Below are positions 9,553 to 16,875 of a stretch of 64,000 bases of DNA, piece by piece. This DNA comes from Minisyncoccota bacterium (GTDB taxonomy: Bacteria; Patescibacteriota; Minisyncoccia; Phycocordibacterales; UBA9973). Where the stretch lies: contig JBAZSZ010000001.1 in assembly GCA_041662205.1 (NCBI GenBank), forward strand, positions 81,973-145,972, given 5' to 3'. The notes beneath the pieces were generated by a model. It was not told the DNA's origin and made no database searches. It saw nothing but the letters and a program-made list of their open reading frames with translations. How positions within the stretch are numbered: position 1 is the stretch's first letter; each line of letters begins with the position of its first letter. The translations under genes and the position numbers were made by a program.

Positions 9553-9843
9553 GTAGGTATCTATAAGCCGAATTTTGTTCTCCGACCAAGGTCGGAGTGA
9601 CAGCAATTTGTCTAGGCCTCTCATTACTGACAGGCTCAAGCGATTCTATCCGACCTAAGTCGGATCACGATCTTGCACAAGAGTAAGTATTTAGCCGTTT
9701 CACCCGAACTAAATCGGTTCGTCACTGTTCGCAACTCCATATCACTATGGGAGGGAATTACCCTCTACTTTTCCAGATTAAACTGGTTTGTGTTCGGACT
9801 TTCCTCTCTATCCTAAAGGTTAGAGTAGCTATCCGATACCTAC
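9553..9843 (-). ncRNA. rnpB: RNase P RNA, bacterial type, compact (~290 nt)
   Basis: The minus strand reads AGGTATCGGATAG...GAGAGGAAAGTCCGAACAC (the P4 5' strand GGAAAGUCCG), then ...CGGGTGAAACGGC... and ...ACAAAATTCGGCTTATAGATACCT. The last segment is the P4 3' strand ACAnAAnnCGGCUUA plus a P1 closing helix aggtatc/gatacct. The region is ORF-free. Confidence 0.7.
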
Positions 9844-9849
9844 CTTTTT

Positions 9850-9855
9850 ATTATA
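9850..9855 (-). promoter_or_regulatory. -10 box TATAAT about 7-8 nt upstream of the predicted rnpB 5' end
   Basis: The minus strand reads ...GTATGATATAATAAAAAGGT|AGGTATCGG. Confidence 0.3.
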
Positions 9856-9950
9856 TCATACTTGCTTATTGCTTGCATTTTTTTTGCAAGTATGCTATGA
9901 TTTCTTTGTGAGTGTAAGTTTACCTTACATTAATCGTAAACAACATAAGT

Positions 9951-9990
9951 GCCGCAAAAAAACACCGCAAGGTGTTTTTTTGTTTTGATT
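9951..9990. terminator. GNRA-loop hairpin (caccGCAAggtg) flanked by A7 and T7, a bidirectional terminator-like element
   Basis: The sequence is aaaaaaacaccgcaaggtgttttttt. Confidence 0.4.
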
Positions 9991-10105
9991 GTTTTTTTTG
10001 TTGAGATTCGGCTACCACGTAGCCAGGTGATTTTCTAGCTACGCAAAGAAAATCCTTTCTCGTCTCCACGTGAAGCAAGCAGTTGCTTCACTTTGGGTCC
10101 ACGCA

Positions 10106-10143
10106 AGAAAAAAGCCGTCCAAAGGACGACTCATTTTTCTACG
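10106..10143 (-). terminator. Hairpin plus T6 immediately after tRNA-Ala on the minus strand. It is nested in a 10-bp inverted repeat (gggtccacgc/gcgtggaccc) that reuses the tRNA 3' end.
   Basis: The minus strand reads CGCGTAGAAAAATGA-GTCGTCC-TTTG-GACGGC-TTTTTT-CTTGCGTGGACCC. Confidence 0.45.
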
Positions 10144-10145
10144 CG

Positions 10146-10218
10146 TGGACCCAAGGAGACTCGAACTCCTTACCTCCTCATTGCAAATGAGGCGCTCTAC
10201 CAGATGAGCTATGGGCCC
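10146..10218 (-). tRNA. tRNA-Ala (anticodon TGC)
   Basis: The minus strand reads GGGCCCATAGCTCATCTGGTAGAGCGCCTCATTTGCAATGAGGAGGTAAGGAGTTCGAGTCTCCTTGGGTCCA. The cloverleaf is complete, with the G3:U70 Ala identity pair and A73. CCA is not encoded. Confidence 0.9.
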
Positions 10219-10259
10219 AATATTTATTGTTGAGCTATGGGTACTTACTCAATAAAACT

Positions 10260-10287
10260 ATTCTATCTTATTTTACCAATAATGCAA
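10260..10287 (-). promoter_or_regulatory. Sigma70-like promoter for tRNA-Ala: TTGCAT, a 16-nt spacer, then TAGAAT
   Basis: The minus strand reads aatTTGCATtattggtaaaataagaTAGAATag, about 40 nt upstream of tRNA position 1. Confidence 0.35.
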
Positions 10288-10362
10288 ATTTTATATTTGA
10301 AATAGTTGACGGTTTAGGAAGATGGTGTATGATTAGAGATTATATCTCAAATGTAATTATAT

Positions 10363-11037
10363 ATGAAGATTCTGATTGTTGAAGATGAAGAAAATATTGC
10401 TAAACTTTTAAAAAAGGGTCTCGAATCTGAGGGTTATGCTGTTGATTACTTGACGGATGGGGAGTCTGGGCAAAATCGTATTTTAATGCATCATCAAGAT
10501 TATGATTTAATAATTTTGGATTTGATGCTTCCTTTGAAATCTGGAAAGGAGATTTGCCACAGTATGAGAGAGATGGATATTTCTACTCCGGTTTTAGTGT
10601 TAACTGCGAAATGTGATTCAGTCAGCAAAGTATCTTTGCTCGATATCGGAGCCGATGACTATATGTCAAAACCGTTCGAACTTGCAGAATTATTTGCCAG
10701 AATCAGAGCTTTGACTCGACGACCCAAAGTTTCTCTGCCGGTAGAATTGAAAATAAGTGATCTGGTTTTATCTGCGAAAGATAAAAAGGTTTTTAGAAAC
10801 AAAAAAGATTTAAATCTTACTTTAAAAGAATTCAGACTCTTAGAATATTTTATGCGTCGTCCCAACCAAGTAGTAGAGAGAGTTGACTTGGTGGATAACC
10901 TTTGGGATTTTGATCAAGATTCATTTTCTAATACGGTGGATGTGTATATAAATCGCTTAAGGAATAAAGTAGATAAAGGCAGAAAAGAAAAAATGATTCA
11001 AACAATTCGCGGAGTAGGATACAAATTAAAAGTTTAA
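10363..11037 (+). CDS. OmpR-family response regulator (receiver plus winged-helix DNA-binding domain)
   Basis: MKILIVEDEENIAKLL, the IILDLMLP Asp pocket and the C-terminal pattern YINRLRNKVD...IRGVGYKL are present. No kinase is adjacent. Confidence 0.85.
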   Translation: MKILIVEDEENIAKLLKKGLESEGYAVDYLTDGESGQNRILMHHQDYDLIILDLMLPLKSGKEICHSMREMDISTPVLVLTAKCDSVSKVSLLDIGADDYMSKPFELAELFARIRALTRRPKVSLPVELKISDLVLSAKDKKVFRNKKDLNLTLKEFRLLEYFMRRPNQVVERVDLVDNLWDFDQDSFSNTVDVYINRLRNKVDKGRKEKMIQTIRGVGYKLKV

Positions 11038-11289
11038 ATTTATTTTTACCACGAATCACTCTTTTAATAATAGAGAAATCTTCTTTTTTTTGATGTGGGG
11101 AACAGTTATATTTCCTTCATAAAATACAAGCTTTTTTTGGAAATTAATAAGATGTCCCTTAGGTTTTTGATGTCCTTTATGCTCTTTCTTTATGTCTTTA
11201 ATACTAAATTTAATTTTTCTTGTCAATATTTGCCTATTATTAAAAGTCGATTTTTTTATTAGTATTTATTATTAAATATATTTAAATAT

Positions 11290-14200
11290 ATGGAAACTAG
11301 TTATAGTTATTTAAAAAACTTAGGAAAAATTTTTATAATTCTATCTGTTCTCATTTTTCCACTCGAAAATATTAGTAGTGTAGAAGCGGCCATACTAACA
11401 CCGGATGCCAGCGTGGTAGATGGTGTGGAAAATAAAAATGTAACTTCTATTTTAGATAAGAGAAAAAATCGGGTGACGCAAGAACAAAGACAAGCGGCAG
11501 CCGATGCTCAAAATACAGGCGTAAGCATTTCCAGTTCTTCCAAGGTTCTTGGTGGAATCATAGCTCCGATGATGACTATAACCGCTCCGCTCGTAGCTGC
11601 GGTGACTGTACCAGCGCCAGGGGGAACCCCAAATTATTTTGGTCCGGAACCTAACTGGGCTTATACTCCGCTTTTAAGAAAATTCGTTGATACCCTCCCT
11701 GGTCTTGGTTCAGCTAATACAAATAATTTAGGACAATATATTCCAATTGCTGCTGCGGATACTGCTACATATCCAGGATCAGATTATTATGAAATAGGAT
11801 TAGTGCAATACACGGAAAAAATGCATTCAGATTTACCGGTGACAACTTTGCGAGGATATGTTCAGCTAGAGACATCTGTTAACGCTTCTGCCAGCAAACA
11901 TATCGCTTTGAAATATCCTAATGGTAATCCGATTTTAAATTCTAGCGGAGCTCAAGTTTTTGGTTTTGACAATCCTCATTATCTTGGGCCTACAATTGTA
12001 GCTCAAAAAGATAAACCTACGCGCATTAAATTTACAAATTTTCTTCCTACTGGGACAGGAGGCAATCTTTTTATACCAGTTGATACTTCGGTGATGGGAG
12101 CTGGCATGGGTCCTTTAGATATGCCAGGAATGCCAGGAATGAAAGAAGATTATACTCAAAATAGAGCAACTCTCCATCTTCATGGAGGAAATACTCCGTG
12201 GATTTCCGATGGTACTCCGCATCAATGGACTACTCCAGCCGGAGAAAACACCCAATATCCAGAGGGGGTGAGTGTGTCTAATGTGCCAGATATGCCAGAC
12301 CCAGGAGTAGGATCTCTAACATTTTTTTATAGCAATCAGCAAAGCGCGCGTTTGATGTTTTATCATGACCATGCGTTTGGTATCACTCGACTTAATGTTT
12401 ATGCTGGTGAAGCGGCTGGATATTTATTAACAGATGCTACGGAACAAAATTTAATTTCAACTGGAGTAATACCATCTGATCAAATTCCTCTAATTATTCA
12501 GGATAAAACTTTTGTTGATGCCACAACAATTAGAGCAACCGATCCAACATGGAACTGGGGTCCAACTCCAGGTACACCTCATTCTGGTGATCTTTGGATT
12601 CCACATGTTTATATGCCTAATCAGAATCCTAATAGTAATAACGGTGTAAATCCTTTTGGACGTTGGGATTATGGTCCTTGGTTCTGGCCTCCTTGGCCGG
12701 CTGTGAATGCTCCAATTACGAAAGCAGATGGAACAGAAGTTCCCAATGTCCCAGATGTTTCGATGGGTATGGAAGCATTCAATGACACTCCACTTGTAAA
12801 TGGGACGGCTTATCCAAGTTTAACACTTCAACCGAAAGCTTATAGATTCCGTATTTTAAATGCTGCTAATGACAGATTTTGGAATTTACAACTCATTCAA
12901 GCAGACCCAACTGTTATTTCTTCAGATGGTCGCGCTAATACTGATGTAAAAGTGGTGCCATTTACGACCAGTACGACTTGGCCAGCTGGATATCCGACAC
13001 CAGATACTAGAGATGGGGGAGTGCCTGATCCGACGACTAGGGGTCCGGTCATGACTCAGATCGGTACAGAAGGCGGATTTCTACCAGCTCCTGTGACTCA
13101 CAATAATATTCCTATTGGATTTGATATGGATGGGAAAAGTATTACAGTGGGTAATGTCAAAGAACATAATTTACTATTAGGCCCAGCCGAAAGAGCAGAT
13201 GTCATAGTTGATTTTTCTGCTTACGCTGGAAAAACTTTGATTCTTTATAATGACGCTCCGGCTGCTTTTCCTGCTAGTGACCCGCGATTGGATTATTATA
13301 CTGGTAATCCTGATATGACAACCACTGGTGGAACGACTTCTACTTTGGCTGGTTTTGGACCAAATACTAGGACTATCATGCAAATCAAAATAGCTGCAGG
13401 TACTCCCATTCCTTTTAATCTAACTCCTTTAAATACCGCTTTACCAGCAGCATTCGCATCATCACAAGATCAAATCATAGTACCTCAGGAAGGATATAAT
13501 GCTGTATATAACGGAAATTTCCCAAATAATAGGAATGCTTATGCTAGAATTCAAGACACTTCATTAACTTTCACTCCGCTTGGCGGAACAACACCAGTAA
13601 CAATTCCTTTTGCGCCTAAAGCTATCGCTGAAGAATTCGAAAGTGTCTATGGGCGTATGAGCGGATTCCTAGGGCTCGAACTTCCATTTACTAATGGTGG
13701 AAATCAGACAACAATTTTTTACGATTATCAAGATCCGACTTCTGAAATTATAAATGATACTAATAATATATCAACGGCACAAATAGGAACACTTGGCGAT
13801 GGTACCCAGATATGGAAAATAACACATAACGGAGTAGATACTCATCCTATACATTTCCACTTATTTAATGTCCAGCTCGTAAATCGGGTGGATTGGGCTG
13901 GTGTAGTAAAACCACCAGAACCTAATGAGCTCGGCTGGAAAGAAACAGTGCGGATGAATCCCCTTGAAGACGCCATAGTTGCTCTAAGACCGGTTTCACC
14001 AAAACAACCTTTTGGAATACCAGAAAGTGTAAGACCGCTTGATCCAACAATGCCACTTGGAACAACTGCTCAGTTTAAAGGAGTAGACGCAAACGGCAAT
14101 CCGATAACAGTTACAAATGAGCTAGCGAACTTTGGGTGGGAATATGTTTGGCACTGCCATATTTTGAGCCATGAAGAAATGGATATGATGCGTCCGATTA

Positions 14201-14685
14201 AATTTAACGTTGCAAGTACGCTTCCAATTACACCTGGTTTAAATGCTACTAAAGTAGGAAATCAAGTAAATCTAACATGGACAGATGGAACTCCTGTAAG
14301 TAATCCAACTACCCTCGGTAATCCTGCTAATGAAGTTGGTTTTCGTGTTGAGAGAGCTATTGTGACTGGTGGTAACCCTGGCATATACACAGAGATCGGA
14401 AAAGGTATCGCCAATTCTACAACTTTTACAGACACTGCTATAGCATCTAGTACAACTTATAGCTATCGAGTGGTTGCATTCAATGCAGCAGGAGATGCAT
14501 CTTCAGCACCAAGAACAGTATCTATAACCGGCACAGTTTGCCAAACTGGAGCCGATACTAGTGGAAACGGAATTATCACCATAGCAGAATTACTAGCCTA
14601 CATAAGTAGGTGGAAAGCAGGAAATGTCACAATGCAACTTCTTATGCAAGCAATCAGTTTTTGGAAAATAGGAACAGGTTGTTAA
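11290..14685 (+). CDS. Large secreted multicopper oxidase (laccase/CotA-like) with an Fn3-like region and a C-terminal Cys-bracketed EF-hand/dockerin-like module
   Basis: All four Cu-ligand motifs are present: HLHGG, HDHAFG, HPIHFHLFNVQ and WHCHILSHEEMDMM. An N-terminal hydrophobic anchor is present. The C-terminus reads CQTGADTSGNGIITIAELLAYISRWKAGNV...FWKIGTGC and ends at the stop. Confidence 0.8.
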   Translation: METSYSYLKNLGKIFIILSVLIFPLENISSVEAAILTPDASVVDGVENKNVTSILDKRKNRVTQEQRQAAADAQNTGVSISSSSKVLGGIIAPMMTITAPLVAAVTVPAPGGTPNYFGPEPNWAYTPLLRKFVDTLPGLGSANTNNLGQYIPIAAADTATYPGSDYYEIGLVQYTEKMHSDLPVTTLRGYVQLETSVNASASKHIALKYPNGNPILNSSGAQVFGFDNPHYLGPTIVAQKDKPTRIKFTNFLPTGTGGNLFIPVDTSVMGAGMGPLDMPGMPGMKEDYTQNRATLHLHGGNTPWISDGTPHQWTTPAGENTQYPEGVSVSNVPDMPDPGVGSLTFFYSNQQSARLMFYHDHAFGITRLNVYAGEAAGYLLTDATEQNLISTGVIPSDQIPLIIQDKTFVDATTIRATDPTWNWGPTPGTPHSGDLWIPHVYMPNQNPNSNNGVNPFGRWDYGPWFWPPWPAVNAPITKADGTEVPNVPDVSMGMEAFNDTPLVNGTAYPSLTLQPKAYRFRILNAANDRFWNLQLIQADPTVISSDGRANTDVKVVPFTTSTTWPAGYPTPDTRDGGVPDPTTRGPVMTQIGTEGGFLPAPVTHNNIPIGFDMDGKSITVGNVKEHNLLLGPAERADVIVDFSAYAGKTLILYNDAPAAFPASDPRLDYYTGNPDMTTTGGTTSTLAGFGPNTRTIMQIKIAAGTPIPFNLTPLNTALPAAFASSQDQIIVPQEGYNAVYNGNFPNNRNAYARIQDTSLTFTPLGGTTPVTIPFAPKAIAEEFESVYGRMSGFLGLELPFTNGGNQTTIFYDYQDPTSEIINDTNNISTAQIGTLGDGTQIWKITHNGVDTHPIHFHLFNVQLVNRVDWAGVVKPPEPNELGWKETVRMNPLEDAIVALRPVSPKQPFGIPESVRPLDPTMPLGTTAQFKGVDANGNPITVTNELANFGWEYVWHCHILSHEEMDMMRPIKFNVASTLPITPGLNATKVGNQVNLTWTDGTPVSNPTTLGNPANEVGFRVERAIVTGGNPGIYTEIGKGIANSTTFTDTAIASSTTYSYRVVAFNAAGDASSAPRTVSITGTVCQTGADTSGNGIITIAELLAYISRWKAGNVTMQLLMQAISFWKIGTGC

Positions 14686-14849
14686 AAAAATTAAAAAGCA
14701 GGCCTTACTTCATTTGTTTAGTTTTTAATAATAAATTTAACTTTAACTTTTAACATGTAAGTATAATTTTATTATAAGGATTTGAGTGAAGCGAAGGGTC
14801 GAATAGTTAGTCGAATATAAAAATATTATAAAAATAAAGAATAAAAATT

Positions 14850-16829
14850 ATGAATAAAAAAAGTATTAAAGCGTTATATGTGTTGTTGTTTGCAAAAATG
14901 AATAGAAAAGTTAAATATAAATTTAGCGCGTCTCTGTTGACAGGTGTTTTTATGTTTACTTTAGTATTTAGCGCTGGAGTGGCACAAGCTGCGTTGCAAG
15001 CTGTCGGGCCAATAGGAGATCCTGTAAATAATGGATATCCTACATATTTCCAAGATCAAACAGGATTAGCTTTGGAATTATGTCTGGTACAAAATTTACC
15101 AACCGACCTATTCCAACCATGTCTCTTGACTGCGGAATTTGATCCAGACCCATTAATAACACCTGGCATTCCAGCAATTCCAATTGGAACAGTTCTTAGC
15201 GGGGATTTTCCAGATGAATCATTTTACTTTGCCGCTAGCGCAGACTTAAGTCCTGACAATGTTAGACTTCCTGGAAGAAATCAGGATATCAAAATTTTGT
15301 GGGGGGCTGCTTTAGAGCAAGCCTTTTTGGCCGGAATAACTCCTGGAGCACAAAGCATGTTTTTAAGAACTCAAGTTGATATAGCTGGTTTAATCCCCGG
15401 AGAAACTTATACTGTCAATACTCCTTACGGACCGATTAGTGTGGTTGCTGATGATATCGGTGGAGGGAGAACAAGATTTGAGGACATAGTAGTCTGCAAC
15501 GTTGGAACTCTATGTAATTTTTCATTAATCTTACCGGGGACTCAAACAAATATGGGGCCATTTCTAAAATGGGATCCTGCGGTTTTACCTCTTGCCCCAG
15601 CTGGATTTATCGGTGATCCTAATGTAACACACACAATTATCGGTGGACCAATTAGGAATAATATTTCTGTTACAGGAACAAGTGTTGGGGGAGTCGGCAT
15701 AGATGAAATGTCCACTGATCAATTTTCAATTTCTGGGAAAATAGCAATCATTGACACTGTCGCACCAGTAATTGTTTCAACTACTCCTGCCTCTGTACCA
15801 GTAAATTCTTCTAATGTTGTTTTAAGCGCAAACATTACTGACGACTTAGGAGTGACTGGAGTTACAGCTGATTTAGGAGCATTAAGCAACACTTTTTCTG
15901 CTACTCTTAATAATACACAGGAAGTTCCTGCAACCGTAAGTACTGCAACAGGAACTGGAGCATTTACTATTGATGCAAATGCAAATACATTAACTTATAA
16001 TATTAGTGCTTCAGGTTTGCAAGGTGGAGCAATCACCGGAATGCATATTCACGGATCTGCTGTTCCTCCAGATGGAGCTATAGGTCAAAATTCAGCAATT
16101 GCTTTTAGCTTAGGTACGACTCTTCCGGCAAGTGGAACCTGGAATTATCCTGAAGCAATGGAACCAGAAATTTTAGCAGGAAGGACTTATGTAAATATTC
16201 ACACAACTTTATTTCCTAACGGTGAAATTCGCGGACAAATAATTCCTACCCCAAACACAGTAACTATGATCAGGAATGCCGGTACAGCAACAGACGGCAC
16301 ATGGGCACTTATTCTACCAAATTTGAATAGAGCAGGATTATTTAATATTCCTATTACAGCTACCGATGGAAGCAATCCTGTAACAACTAATCATTCTCTC
16401 GCTGTCACTGTTTTATCTGGAGTGAATGTCACTCCACCAACTGCTTCAATAAATACAGGATTAACTCAACAACTCTCAGCATCAGCTCTCGATCAATTTA
16501 ATAATCCACTAACTACCCAACCAACTTTTACTTGGTCTTCTAGTAATAACAATATTGCAACAGTTAATAGTTCAGGCCTAGTTACTGCAGTCGCTCTCGG
16601 TACTGCCACGATTACAGCCACAACTGATGGATTAATAAATGTTGCAGGTACTTCGGCAATCACAGTGACGGCAGCTTCAGTTTGCCAGACAGCAGCTGAT
16701 ATAGATGGTAGCGGAACTATAAGCTTTGCGGAAGTTCTAAGCTATATTACAAGCTGGAAAGCCGGCAACGTAGTTTTTTCAACTTTATTACAAGCAATAG
16801 GTTTTTGGAAAGCTGCAGTAGGTTGTTAA
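14850..16829 (+). CDS. Secreted CHRD-domain plus Big2-domain protein with the same C-terminal Cys-bracketed module
   Basis: A signal peptide is present. The CHRD-like segment reads GAFTIDANANTLTYNISASGLQGGAITGMHIHGS...YVNIHTTLFPNGEIRGQI. The Big2-like segment reads TQQLSASALDQFNNPLT...ATVNSSGLVTAVALGTATITATT. The C-terminus reads CQTAADIDGSGTISFAEVLSYITSWKAGNV...FWKAAVGC and ends at the stop. Confidence 0.65.
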   Translation: MNKKSIKALYVLLFAKMNRKVKYKFSASLLTGVFMFTLVFSAGVAQAALQAVGPIGDPVNNGYPTYFQDQTGLALELCLVQNLPTDLFQPCLLTAEFDPDPLITPGIPAIPIGTVLSGDFPDESFYFAASADLSPDNVRLPGRNQDIKILWGAALEQAFLAGITPGAQSMFLRTQVDIAGLIPGETYTVNTPYGPISVVADDIGGGRTRFEDIVVCNVGTLCNFSLILPGTQTNMGPFLKWDPAVLPLAPAGFIGDPNVTHTIIGGPIRNNISVTGTSVGGVGIDEMSTDQFSISGKIAIIDTVAPVIVSTTPASVPVNSSNVVLSANITDDLGVTGVTADLGALSNTFSATLNNTQEVPATVSTATGTGAFTIDANANTLTYNISASGLQGGAITGMHIHGSAVPPDGAIGQNSAIAFSLGTTLPASGTWNYPEAMEPEILAGRTYVNIHTTLFPNGEIRGQIIPTPNTVTMIRNAGTATDGTWALILPNLNRAGLFNIPITATDGSNPVTTNHSLAVTVLSGVNVTPPTASINTGLTQQLSASALDQFNNPLTTQPTFTWSSSNNNIATVNSSGLVTAVALGTATITATTDGLINVAGTSAITVTAASVCQTAADIDGSGTISFAEVLSYITSWKAGNVVFSTLLQAIGFWKAAVGC

Positions 16830-16875
16830 AAGTGTCGAAAAATTATTAGAATTACAAATTTTAAAATAAAAAATT

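Noticed and set aside
9846-10145. tmRNA, SRP RNA or 6S RNA in the hairpin-rich spacer
   Set aside because: No tRNA-like 3' end or tag reading frame suggesting tmRNA was seen. No GGAA-tetraloop or AGGAAGCAGC-type SRP domain IV was seen. I cannot run covariance models, so the spacer is left as unassigned structured sequence.
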